This document shows, piece after piece, positions 25,650-38,831 of a stretch of DNA of 64,000 nucleotides. How positions within the stretch are numbered: position 1 is the stretch's first letter; every line of letters begins with the position of its first letter. The notes under the pieces are model-generated. The model made no database searches, had not been told where the DNA came from, and saw only the letters and a program-made list of their open reading frames with translations. The DNA is from Epiperipatus broadwayi. Lineage: Eukaryota; Animalia; Onychophora. Both the position numbers and the translations under genes were made by a program. The DNA is taken from positions 30,814,001-30,878,000 of the forward strand of contig JAQFVV010000002.1 of NCBI GenBank assembly GCA_028023455.1, in the 5' to 3' direction.

Positions 25650-28260
25650 GATTTTTCACCTGTCATAATAACCCTACCATTCTATCACGTAGAAGCTATA
25701 TAATATGAATAAATTTTGGGGAACAACCAACTAATTTCAAACAATACTATAGACTTATCCTATTAACTGAATCAAATGCCTTGACTAAATCAATAAAAGC
25801 AATATATAAATTACTCTTTTGTATTGGAACCTATCCTATTAACTGAATCAAATGCCTTAACTAAATCAATAAAAGCAACATATAAATTAATCCTTTGTTT
25901 CCAATACTTTTCTTTCATTTGTATAGCAACAAAAGTCATATCTGTAGTGCTTGTTGACTCTAAAACCACATTGAATCTCTAGTAACCATTTATCTATAAC
26001 AGGAAGCAACTTATTCAACAAGATCCTTGAAAGTACTTTTGCTGTAGTGGATAATAACAATAATCCATGGTAATTACTGCAATCTTATCTAAAAAAAAAT
26101 ATCCATAAGATCGAATGGCACATCTTCATGGGTCCAGATATTCCTCCAATATTTTTGAAGCCAACATGTTATCATGATATTTTAAAATTGCTACAGGTAT
26201 TTAATGGGCATATTTTAAAATTAGAAAAAGCTGCTTTCACTTCACTAAGCTGATATCTTTGCCCAAATCTAAATTAGATAAAATGGATACATTGTTAAAA
26301 ATTGTCATCCCAGTTATTGTATCATTATTTAAAACATGATCAAAATACTCTTTCCACTTATTCAAAATATCATTGTTATCATATAAGAATGTCATTGCTG
26401 GATTTAATAGGATTGTGATACCATTTCACAGGTCCATATGGTGCTTTCAATGCATCACATAAAGATCTAGAATCATCACGATCAATGAACATCTATCTTT
26501 GCAGTTTTAATTTGTCAATCATTTCTTAAGTATCTTGACAGTTATTGAACTTTTGCCTTCATATCTTTATATTATAAAGTTCCACATTTAATCTATTATT
26601 CTGCTAAACCGAAAATGAGGTATTTCTTTTAATTAAATCATTGATAATAGGATTATTGTCAGAAAACCAGCTTTGGTGGAGTTTTTTTTTTTTTGTGAAA
26701 CCAAGAATCCATTTACTTGTATCCATAATATACTTCTTAAGAGAATTCCATGCTTCTATAAGGTGAAAGTACTGAATATCCAAAACCAAGAATCCATTTC
26801 CATAATATACTCCTTAAGAGAATTCCATGCTTCTGTAATATGATAGTACTGAATATCCAAAACCAAGAATCCATTTCCATAATATACTCCTTAAGAGAAT
26901 TCCATGCTTCTGTAATATGATAGTACTGAATATCTAAAACCAAGAATTCATTTATTTGTATCCATAATATACTCCTTAAGAGAATTCCATGCTTCTGTAA
27001 TATGATAGTACTGAATATCCAAAACCAAGAATCCATTTACTTGTATCCATAATATACTCCTTAAGAGAATTCCATGCTTCTGTAATATGATAGTACTGAA
27101 TATCCAAAACCAAGAATCCATTTACTTGTATCCATAATATACTCCTTAAGAGAATTCCATGCTTCTGTAATATGATAGTACTGAATATCCAAAACCAAGA
27201 ATTCCGTTACTTGCATCCATAATATAGTCCTTAAGAGAATTCCATACTTCTGTAATATGATAGTACTGAATATCCAAAACCAAGAATTCCGTTACTTGTA
27301 TCCATAATATAGTCCTTAAGAGAATTCCATACTTCTGTAATATGATAGTACTGAATATCCAAAACCAAGAATTCCATTACTTGTATCCATAATATAGTCC
27401 TTAAGAGAATTCCATACTTCTGTAATATGATAGTACTGAATATCCAAAACCAAGAATTCCATTACTTGTATCCATAATATAGTCCTTAAGAGAATTCCAT
27501 GCTTCTGTAATATGATAGTACTGAATATCCAAATTAGCAATTTTAGTGCTTAATTGTTGTTGAAATTTAGTATGTATAGTAGTTTCTTCTAAAGAATGAA
27601 CATCTATTTTCTTGTAAATATGGCTTGAGTAATAACTATTTTTTAATGTAACTAACATTTTAATCTTGGAACATATTAATTTATAATCTGTCCATAAATC
27701 TATGTTTGTAAGTGCTCATGTAATGTGAACTTTTCTTGAATTCTGACTAATACTATGATGTAATCTGTTAAATGCTATTGTTTTGATCATATATGCATTC
27801 TTGGTTAATTATAGTGTTTTTCTGCCTAAACAAAGTATTTTTAATAGTTAACCCATATATTGGGCATAAATTCAATAATAAACCATTTAAATTTATATCA
27901 CTAATACCATTATTTCCAATAACTTTTGGCCATACTCTATGATCTATACCAATATATCCATTAATATCTCCAAAAAGAAAACTTCAATCTTTTAATATTC
28001 GACAAGGAATAAAAGCTTTTCCCCCCTGAAGTTAAGGTTGATGCATATTAATAAGATGAACACATCCCATAAGATGAACACATCCCATTGCGCAAAGCAA
28101 ATTTAACACTATTAGTCTTTCATTAATGCAACGAGAAATTCCTGCAAAAGAATATACTAATTTAGGCCTTACTGCAAATCTGACACAATGCATTCTTGTT
28201 TCACTAACTGATCTATCTTTCCAAAAAAACTTGTATTTATTCATATGTTTTATTAAACTT
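25650..28260 (-). mobile_element. Old degenerate RTE (BovB-like) LINE of a different family
   Basis: Minus-strand remnants: DLWTDYKLICSK (APE end, ~27670-27710), EAWNSLK.YIMDTSKWILGF and HQSWFSDNNPII (linker), LYIAFIDLVKAFDSVNR (RT, ~25755-25810, locally duplicated). Confidence 0.7.
26693..27533. repeat. Minisatellite, ~10 units of 85 bp (two 77-bp variants)
   Basis: Anchor ttaagagaattcc recurs at 26737, 26814, 26891, 26976, 27061, 27146, 27231, 27316, 27401 and 27486. Confidence 0.95.
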
Positions 28261-31200
28261 TCTTTCTCTGGGAGCTGAGTTTCACTAAAAGCATATTACT
28301 CTTAAATCTTAATAGTTCCTTAGCCACATGTGCAGCACTTCATTCTGGTCTTGGAAGAGTTTGTGTCAATTAAAGTTAGCACATTTCATGTACCTGTATT
28401 TAGAAAAAAATTACTATTATTTTTATTATTGGTACTATTGAATTGAGTAATCCACCAGGTGAGACAATCTATCCAGAGTGTTTGGGATGGGCTATTTTCA
28501 GACCTCATTTTCTAGGCTCTTCTACTTCCATGATAAGCAGGGGCAGGATCCCTAAATAGAGATGCCTAAACATACACCCATTGTCAGCTGAAACTCCTGC
28601 CTCATTGAAGTTCAGTTCCAAACTGATTCATTAGTGATTAGTATTGCTTCGAGCAAAGATCACAGCTAACATTGCTTTCTTAATTCTCTTGAGATAAAAA
28701 AAGGAAAAGGATTGAAGTCATAAATACCATGTGTGTAGTCAAAGAAATGAAACATTGCATGAACAGATAACCCATTATCACAATTAGTATAAGATGTCCG
28801 ATAGCATGAGAAATTTACAACATTTAGGCCTTACAATAATTTAAATGACTAAAGAAACAAAAGAGGGAGACAGTAAAGACTTAATATCAGAAACCGTATC
28901 TGGCCTTTGTTGAACTAACACCTATCATACAAGGCAGCAGGAACTCTTGGTTAGGCACTGTTAATTTGTTATTCACAGTTAGCCTTTGTACCTATCCCTT
29001 GATCAACCAACATCCTATCCTATAAGATAACATATCTCTTGCTTGGACATTGTTCGTTATTTACAGTTGGCCTTTATATTTAAATGCGATTCTACTATGT
29101 ACTATCTGTAGAGGCTGACGGTAGCCTGAGCACATCATATAATAATATTTGAAGGAAGATAAGTTAGCCAATAGTTGCAGAAACTGTCGAATAAACATGG
29201 GAATGGATGATTGAGAAGGAAAGGAACCCATCATTTCTGAGTATTTGAATAGATTTAAATATTACAATGAACAAAAGCACTGTGCCAACCTGTTTAGATT
29301 AAATTTCTATGGTCTGTCTGGCCATTCAGAATTGGCAAACTTCGGTTTATCCTGAAATTTTTATTATTGTGCTTGCCACTAAATTGCATTGGTTAAAGAT
29401 CATTATAGCTATGGTATTGTAGCTGTGTTTTGTTGCCAATGCTTTCTACATTATGAAAGAAAATAAGTTTTATAATATTAATGTTCATGCTATTTTTTTT
29501 TACTTTCATCGATAATAGCATCTTGAGAATTTTAGCCCAGCAAGATGATAATGGATTGAGAGCTAAAATGTTCATAAATTAATCTGAAAAAGTAAAACTC
29601 ACCTGTCCTGAGTAGTTTGTTGCATTGGTAAAATGGCAGGTATTTCCAGTTTAAGATTTATGGTTTGCATTCAGTCAAGTTACTTTCAGCATTTGGACTT
29701 CTTGTAAACTTTCAAGTAGTAAAGCTATTAAAATTTCATCTTAGTCAAACTGAATGCAACTTTTTGCTCAACCTGAACTGGTGGCTGAGTTATTTTTAAA
29801 TAGGTTCACTTCTTGCCAAGTGCCCAGGGCAGAATTTATTCTTTTTCTAGCTTACATTAAAGATAAATATCTTTTTGGATATGTTTTCAGTAATAATATA
29901 TTTATAATTAAATAGTTAGATGTCTGAGGGGTCGTGATATTTGAACATCAGAATTAACAGTTCGCGCTGTAATTCAGGTGCTTTTAGCTCATGATTCATT
30001 TACTTTACTACTGCACTAACTGCATAGTAATGGTAATAATAGACACTTTATATAAAAAAAAGGGTAAAAAAATGCTAAAGGTAGCAGGAACGTCAGTTAC
30101 GTTAGGTGTGTGACTGATATATGTATATATAATACAAATAGATTATCCATTAATTAAAAAGTATTATAATAATTTATTCGAAAGAGATTTGGACTGTGCT
30201 ATGGAGGAACTACTCTTCAAGTTGCTTCATAAATCAAAGGAAAGTGATATAAGAACTTGTCTGCTATGGCTTGCAGACCCAACATGTAGCCAACTGAAGC
30301 TTTAAGGATACCCATTGGTCTTTCCGAGTTATCTAGTTCCATAATGTATTAAACTGTCTTTTCCAAGTGGTTGTATAGCCATTATGAGTTTGCTTAATAG
30401 CATCATACGTTGTGAAAATTGGTTTCTACTGTATTTTAATTAATTTGTTGATTTTTATTGATGGACCATTTCTACTAACACTTTTGATTTATACCTGATG
30501 TAAACAAAATTGAAGTCCTTACTCCATAACTGCTTTGGGTGGACCTCACTTAATTATGAACTGAATCTGGTCAAAGGTATGTTTGTTTTTCCAATTATGT
30601 TGACCCACAATGTAAATTTTGGTCATTGATTGCTTATATTGTACTTCATATCCCGGAGGGTTTATATTGTGAGCCTATATAGTCTTTACTAGTTTTGTAT
30701 AACGTAATGCTACATTGTTTAAATTTGTTAGTCATTATATATTTAGTATAGTATGCATTCATTCTTTAAGTTGCACATGTTGTAGCTTGGTTTGTCTAAC
30801 CTTTGTAACTGTAGATAAACCATATATGTTAAATTCATTAGCGATCTGTAACCTATTTATCTTGTACTTCATATCATGTCGGGTTTGCTTTATTCGTAAT
30901 TCTCATATCAGTTTGAAATTGTTATCTTAGTAGGCTTTATTTGAAGAGCCACTACAGTCTTGACAAGTTATTTTTATCTAATGCCATTTTGGTTAATCTT
31001 GTTAATCATTCTTTATTTAGTGTAATATGTTTCAATTCCTTGTAAATTATACATGCAATTCATCTATGCTTTGTAAATCTGGATTAACTATTTACACTAT
31101 ACTCGATTGTGATTTGTATTTCTGTATAACCTTCTGCATTTGATTTATAGTGTAAATAAAGTTTATTTTTGGAATAATAACAGAAAAAATAATAAATATA

Positions 31201-32104
31201 ATGGTAATTAATTATTATGCACAGTCTTTCAATCCACAGAAAGTGAAAGTACTCCTGCGGATTGAAAGTCTATTTATAATACCTAATTACTATTATATAT
31301 TATAATGGTCAGGGAAAATTGGAGTCTTACCGTATCTGCCGTACAAGGCCGCCACCAGATCATTCGAACCTGGAAAACTTATATAGTAGGCAGATACTTA
31401 CTGTTAAGATCCAATTTTTATTTTATATTGACCGTTAGCCCATGCTACTAGCTCTAGGAGATGCAGAGATTTGTAATAAAACTTTTTAAAAATATATTTT
31501 TAATATTAAAAAAATAAAATAAGCCACTGCCAGTAATAAAACACAAAAAACATTTATTAACGCACATATATAAATATTTAAAATTGAGGAATAAATTTAG
31601 ACTTTCCTATTAATTTTAAATTTAAATTATTATTTTAGACAGTCCGCACACATGGACATTTTAATAACATAATAATAACTAGAGGGGGTGGCGAACGTAG
31701 AAGCGTTGATGAATCGAGTGAAGTAAAAAAGAACGTTTTTCTCTTGTTGTTGTTTTGTTTTCTTTCTCCCAATTAACATACTTCCCAATGAGTGGACATG
31801 TTAAGGTTGTAAGCCTAAAAGTAGAACTAAATAGGAGTAAAGTGTAAGCAGAAAATAAGCCTAAATGGACTATATGAAGGCGTATTAATGTACTAATGAC
31901 AATGGTAACTAAGTGCAAATAATTAACGAACTGTAAATGATAATAGCGAGAGAAGAAATTTAGACTCGCTCTGCTTGTAGTTATCTTCAAATTGTTACGG
32001 AAAGAAATAGTTATTCTTGTTAACATTATTATTTCATATGTATATATATATATTATTATTTATGCAATTTCAGCTGAGTTTTAACTCCCTGAAAACATTG
32101 CAGA

Positions 32105-33045
32105 TGGTGCAGTCGACAGGATTATGGAGGTCGTCGTTTTGTAAACAAAAGAGAAGATAAAAAGCAATTTCGAATAGCTCATACAAACATGGCTTTTCCT
32201 GCACAAAATATCAGAGAATTTGAGATCAGAAATCCAGCTGGATGGACTCTATACGTAGAACAATTGGAACGATACATGAGGTTGAATAAAATCGAAGACG
32301 ACGAAACTAAAGTCTCGATATTATTATTTTTTTGCCGGAACAGATGTTTTGCAAATTGCCAAACTAAAACCCCAGAACAGTTATCGTATATAGTATTAGT
32401 GGAAAAACTTACTGCATATTTTCAGCCTGCAGTTACCAAAAGAGTCGCACGCCTATGGTTTAGAATGCAAAAACAGCACTCGCACGAAACCTACTCCGAG
32501 TATAATATTGCATTGCTAACCTTGGCACAAGACTGTTTATTTCCTGAACTTAACAACATGCTCTTAGATCAATTTCTCTACGGCATGATCGACCATAATT
32601 TGAGAAAATTATTGCTCAGCGAAATAGACATAGATTACAACTCTGCAATTACTAAATGTATTGCTCATGAGATGATGGTAACAAACACGATGGAATTCCA
32701 AGCTGGAACTAAGGAAGCAAATATTGCTGTAAGCGTATGTAAAACGGAAACAGCGGAAACATCATCACGAACTCCAAGAGAGGATTTTACTTGTTTTTGT
32801 TGCGGCATAAAGGGACACATAAAAAGAGTTTGCAAATTCAAAAACCTAATGTGCTGTATTTGTGGCATAAAAGGCCACATGGCAAGCATTTGCAGAAAGA
32901 ATAACAATCAACAATGGACACATGTAAAATTAACTGGAAGCACGAACAAAACGTCAGAAATTAAAAGAGTAAAAACTAAGATAAGTGAACAGATTATACT
33001 AGATTTAATAATCGTGGAAACTAAAGTCACAATGGAGTTAACAAT
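32105..33045 (+). mobile_element. Ty3/gypsy (Mag-like) LTR retrotransposon remnant: PBS, gag, start of protease
   Basis: PBS-like tggtgcagtcgacaggat (32105-32122), similar to the complement of a tRNA-Ser 3' end. ORF from 32189 with a gag-like capsid region and two CCHC knuckles (CFCCGIKGHIKRVC, CCICGIKGHMASIC). Protease-like VTMEL is cut off before the expected DTG. No LTR identified. Confidence 0.8.
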
Positions 33046-34010
33046 CTACATATGTAAATCATGTGAGAAGAAACCAATCTTTCAGACATGTGTTATTAGT
33101 ATTAATTTGCTTGCATTCTCCTGCCAATAATTGTTTTAGAAGCATAGGTGAATAAACTATGCATAGAGCTTACTTTTATATAAACCAACACCTATTTACC
33201 TTCATTAATTCAGGAGGACTTGATTCTGTTGTGAGCCTGATAATTCAAATGTCAAATTATTTGTACAAATTTAATTCTATAGTTCATAGGGAAGAACCAG
33301 TAGCTCATGGCAAGCCAATTAATATTGATAGCGAAGTCTGTAAGACTGGTTTCCTCTTCTGTGATTTACATGTACAGATTTCTGGTACATTAATTACAAA
33401 TATTCAAAGACAATTCAAATTGTGAGTATTTAAAAATGAGATTTCCTATGACATATAGAATTTAATTTGTACAAATAACTTATCATTTGAATTGTCAGGT
33501 TCACAATAGAATCAAGTCCTCAATTAAGCTCTGCCAATGGTGTTGGTGTTTATATAAAAATAAGCTCTAAGCATAGATGCTTCACCTATGCTTTTAAAAA
33601 ACCTCTTTACAGGGGAATTCCAGCAAATGAATATCCAATAACGCATGTCTGAAAGATTGGTTTCCTCTCACATAATTTATATCTATATAGATTTGTAATA
33701 CATTAATTACAGATATTCAAAATTAATAGAATTCAAAAGCGTGGGGATTTAAAAATGAGATATTGTTTCTTTGCAGACACGTAGAATTACATTTGCATTA
33801 ATAATTTGTCATTTGAATTATCAGGCTCACAATAGAATCAAGTCCTCAATTAAGCTCTGCCAATAGGTGATGTTGGTGTTTATATAAACATAAGCTCTAA
33901 GCATAGATGCTTCACCTATGCTTTTAAAACACTTCTTTACAGGGAATGCCAGCAAATTAATACCAATAGCGCATGTCTGAAACATTGGTTACCTCTCACA
34001 TGATTTAATT
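33046..34010. repeat. Unclassified ~320-bp repeat: inverted segment followed by ~2.3 tandem units
   Basis: tttaaaaatgag at 33429 and 33748 (period 319); 33046-33290 is the reverse complement of the tandem unit. Confidence 0.8.
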
Positions 34011-34029
34011 ATATATATAAAGTTACAAA

Positions 34030-34540
34030 TAGTTTACATTTTTTTGCTCATATACCCTATATTACATATATGGACATAGGTATGTAATAAGCCTGTGTTT
34101 CAGTTATTACATTGTAGAGATGTCTGCCCATCCTTGCATATGTATTTAATGGATTATGTCCTGTACATGTGGGGTTCAGATTGACCTTGGGTCAACATGG
34201 GTGTGACAATAATCTCGGCCTCAGGGTGGCCTTTGAGCATTCCATCATCAGATTTTTAATTGGATGGACGGTTGAAGAGTTGGAGTGTGTAGTAGATTGG
34301 AGCCAGTCCATTAAAGTGTGAAGATTGTCTATCTTAATATATATCTGATCACTTATAGTATATATGTGTGGGAGATGATAATCTGGACCAACTGATGATT
34401 GCTAGTTTAGCATGAAATACGTATATTGGTGATTATTTATCTTTTCAGCATATATGTGCTTGAGTGTATCAGTGATATGAGATAGAGTGGAGAGTGATGG
34501 GTCATCTGAAAGTCTGTGCTCATATACCCTATATAAAAAA
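34030..34540 (+). mobile_element. Hammerhead repeat monomer
   Basis: Core 34385-34430: ggaccaa ctgatga ttgctagtttagcat gaaa tacgtat a ttggt. Palindromic stem III intact; first stem II pair mutated. Confidence 0.83.
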
Positions 34541-35371
34541 TAATGGGATTAAAGTTAACTCTCGTCAACACTGTGACACATAAAAAGAAACATAACTATT
34601 ACCATATTGCTCATTTTCTGTGTGAGTGTATGATTACTTTACAAATTCATAAATATAGATGTATTTTTTTTTTTTTTTGAAAAATGATTCGGAGACAGCA
34701 ACACGTACCGGTTTACCCCGACGGTAAATGATGCGTATCATATTTTGTTAAATTTCAAGTCTATCTTTAAAATATTCAACCATTATTCAGTTATGATATT
34801 TACAAATTGCTTATCATTTGTGCATTTTCCTTTTTTTAAAAATCGTATTGTGTAACATTTTTGATTTCAAATTTATATGCTTAATACATTTTCCCGGGAG
34901 AATTTATTATGACTTGGGGTTAAAAAAAAAATCCAATTATTTAAAAATAAGAGTAGAGGAGATATATATATATATATTTAGATTTGAACAAAATTTCAAA
35001 CATGCAATCTTTCCCCATCGGTATTTCTTATTAGGAAATAAAAGAGAGACAGAAAGCTATTTAAATCAAATCATTTCGCAAACCACTTAATTTTGACAAT
35101 TTTTGTATATGACGAGTAAGCAGAATTCAAGGTTTTGTAAGCATTTAACAATAAATACATCTATGAATCACGTTACATGTAAGGCATGTTTCTAATTTGT
35201 CAGTAATTAATTGTTTAATAGAAATTCAGCATCATTGTTTATCTTTTGAGCATCCATTATTATTCCATCAGTTTTTTTTTCTCCTTTCATATATTTATTT
35301 TTATGATGATCTTAATTCCTTTATTCTCCAAAGTTTTTATTTCTAATAATTTAGAATTAGCGGTTTGTATA

Positions 35372-38280
35372 ATGAAGGCGGAGGGTGCTAAGAATGCCCT
35401 GATTGGGACCCAGGCTGCCATTTGATGACAACTTTTTATTTAGGTACTTACAACTGCAGATCACTTTCAAGTGAAGGAAGATTGCAAGAGTTAGAAGCAG
35501 AATTATCTTATATTAAATGGGACATTATTGGACTTTGTGAAGTTAGAAGAAAAGGTGAAGAGACATTTGATTTAAAAAGTGGACATGTACTCTATTATAA
35601 AAGTACAAATATTGGAAATACAAGTGGAGTAGGATTTATTATAAATAAAAAGTGGAAGAACAACATTGTGGAGATTGATGGTGTATCAGACAGAGGGGCA
35701 AGATTAATTATACAACTTAATAGCAGTTACCAAATGCAGATAATTCAGGTTTATGCCCCAACAAGTTCTCATAGTGATGAAGTAGTAGAAGATTTTTATA
35801 TGGATGTGCAAAAGGTTTTTGATCAGAATAAACAATATTTTAAAATTGTTATGGGAGACTTTAATGCTAGAATTGGTAAACAAATGAAAGATGAAAGTGC
35901 TGAAGGTAATTTTGGTTATAGTAATAGAAATGAGAGAGGACATAGACTTGTGGAGTTTGCAGAAAAAGAAAAACTTTATATTATGAATTCTTTTTTTGAG
36001 AAAAATGTTAAAAGGAAATGGACATGGAAGCATTCAAATGAAGGTACAGCGAAATTGGAATATATTTTGACTAACATAAAATACATATTTCAAGATTGTA
36101 ATGTTCTTAATAAATTTAACACTGGAAGTGATCATCGATTAGTAAGATGTAAGATACATGTTAATGCAAAACTAGAGAGACAAAAATTATTAAGGAAAAC
36201 CAATATTTACAGTTGATGTTCCTAATCTTCAGAAACATTCTAATGAATTTAAATTAGAACTTACAAATCAGTTTCAAGTATTAGTAGATTTTGAACATGA
36301 TTCAGATTTGAATGAAATTAATATGAAAATAACTGATACACTTTTAAAAACTGCAACAAAGATAGCTGGTAGAAAAAAGCGGCAATTGACCAATAAAATT
36401 TCTACTGAGACTAGAGAATTTATGAAGAAAAGAAGGAATATAAAGATATACAGAAATGATGCATTAAAAAGGATTGAATATCTCAAATTTTGTAAAATGG
36501 TGCCGAAAAGAGTTGAATATGATATAAGAAAGTATAACTGTGAACTAGCAAGGAAAGCTGTAGAAGAGAATAAAATTCTCAAGAGTGTAAAACAACATTT
36601 GGGTATTGGTAGGAAATTTATATCTGCAGTAAGAAAAAAAGATGGAATTATTGCTAAAAAGAGAGATGACATCATGAAATGGGTAGAAGACTTTTATCAA
36701 GAATTATATAGTAATAAAGAACAAGTACCTCATATCTATTACATCTTCCAAATTGCCCAAAAATTTTAAATGAAGAAGTGAGACATGCAATTAAGTGTAT
36801 GAAGAAAGGAAAGGCTCCAGGAAATGATGGAATTATAATTGATATATTAAAAGAAGCAGGTGAAGAAATAGAAACAATTTTAGCAAAGTTATATACCAAA
36901 TGTCTAAATGATAAAGATGTACCGGAAGATTGGAAGAATGCAGTAATAATATTAATATTTAAAAAAGATGATAAAGAAGATATTAGAAATTACAGACCTA
37001 TCAGCCTTTTATTAGTTTTATACAAAATTTTTACTAAGATAATAACAACTCGTCTAAAGAGAACATTGGACTTCCACCAACCAAGAGAACAAGCTGGATT
37101 TAAAAGTGGTTTTAGTACAGTAGATCATATCCAGGTATTGAGAGAAGTTATAGAAAGGACAAATGAATATGAGTTGCCATTATGCTTAGGATTTGTAGAT
37201 TATGAAAAGGCATTTGATTTTATAAACATTTCTTCAGTGATTAAAACATTGGATCATCAAGGTATAGATGCAGGATATTGTCATATTTTAAAGAATATTT
37301 ATAAAAATGCAACAGCAACAATTAGATTACATAATGATACTAGCAAAGTCAACATTGAGAAGGGTGTAAGACAGGGTGACTCCATATCTCAAAAAATTTT
37401 TACAGCAGTGCTGCAAGAAGTATTTTATAGATTAAAATGGGAAGCTAAAGGAGTGAAAGTAAATGGAGATTATTTAAGTCATTTAGATTTTGCAGATGAT
37501 GTAGTTGTTTTTGTAAATAATGCTTTAGAGCTGCAGGAAATGTTGCAGGAGTTATCAGATGAAGGTAGGAAAGTAGGACTAAAAATAAATGTTAAAAAGA
37601 CTAAAGTAATGTTTAATGGATTTTCTCAAAATATGAAAATTAAGATTGATTATGATGAGTTAGAAGAAGTTAACAGTTACAAATACCTTGGTCAGATTAT
37701 TAGTATAGATGGAAACATAATGAATGAAATTAATCATAGAATTAAACTTAGTTGAAGTGCTTTTGGTAGAAATAACTTGATACTACAAGGAAATATGCCT
37801 ATGTGTTTGAAAAGGAAGGGTTTTAATAAATGTGTTTTACCAGTTCTTACTTATGGATCTGAGACTTGGACACTTAATAGAAGAGCAATACAGAGACTTC
37901 AGACCACTCAAAGAAGTATGGAAAGATGCATGTTGGGAGTAACAAGAAGAGATCGAAAATGCAATGCTCTTAAGTTTAAATATATGGGTAAGAGAACAAA
38001 CAGGTGTTACTGACCTCATTGAAAAAAATTAAAAGACTGAAGTGTAGTTGGGCTGAACATATTGCTAGAAGAGATGATAATAGATGGACAATTGAAATCT
38101 TAAACTGGATTCCAAGAGATTTAAAAGACCTAGAAAGAGACCACATGTGAGATGGATGGATGAAATAAGAAAGTGTGCAGGCGTGATGTAGAGAAGAGAG
38201 GCTAAAGATCAGAGAAGATGGATTGAACTTGGAGAAACCTTCATCTTGCAGTGGATTGATAATGGTTGATGATGATGATA
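35372..38280 (+). mobile_element. Second RTE-clade LINE copy of the same family, inactivated
   Basis: ORF pieces 35422-36216, 36308-36769 and 36778-37755 are collinear with and highly similar to the 4.2-7.2 kb copy; (GAT)n tail; candidate TSD ataatgaag at 35369-35377 and 38281-38289. Confidence 0.93.
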
Positions 38281-38397
38281 ATAATGAAGAATACATTTAA
38301 TTCATTATACAGTATTATATAATTAATGTATATGTGTATGAGACTAAAATGTTATTTATTGTTAAATTTTGATAATCAAATTATAATCACAAACTGA

Positions 38398-38597
38398 GTA
38401 AAATAACAGATATATTTATCTTGTGAGCAATGAATATTGATTTCATGGGTAAAATAACAGATATACCCATCATGTGAGCTATAAATGTTGATTTCATAGG
38501 TAAAATAATCCTATACCTGTCGTGTGAGCAATAAATGTTGATTTCATGGGTAAAATAACACATCTAGATGTCTTGTGAGCAATTAATGTTGATTTTG
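38398..38597. repeat. Tandem repeat, ~4 x 50-51 bp
   Basis: gtaaaataa...tgtgagc...ttgatttcat recurs at ~38399, 38449, 38500 and 38550. Confidence 0.85.
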
Positions 38598-38797
38598 TGT
38601 AGCACAGCAAGCCAGCCAATCAGTGAGGCCTACAATTCTGGGGAACCACACCAAAAGTATGCTCAAGTGTATATAAGAAACAAATATTTCCTATGAGGAA
38701 AATTATAACCTTTGTGGTTGCCAACGTTAAAAACGTTTTGCCAAATAAAATTAAAAATACGAACAAAGAGAAAATTATAATAGTATACATTAATGTA

Positions 38798-38831
<34 letters not shown>

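Noticed and set aside
26693-27533. Regular array that might suggest CRISPR
   Set aside because: Units are contiguous with no unique spacers, the DNA is eukaryotic, there are no cas genes, and the unit derives from LINE coding sequence.
31680-32100. Possible 5' LTR of the gypsy remnant
   Set aside because: No second copy and no clear TG...CA boundaries in the window.
34686-34740. CpG-rich 50-mer with a small hairpin and a possible + strand donor (MIRRQQHVPVYPD)
   Set aside because: Too short, with no recognisable exon, miRNA or family match.
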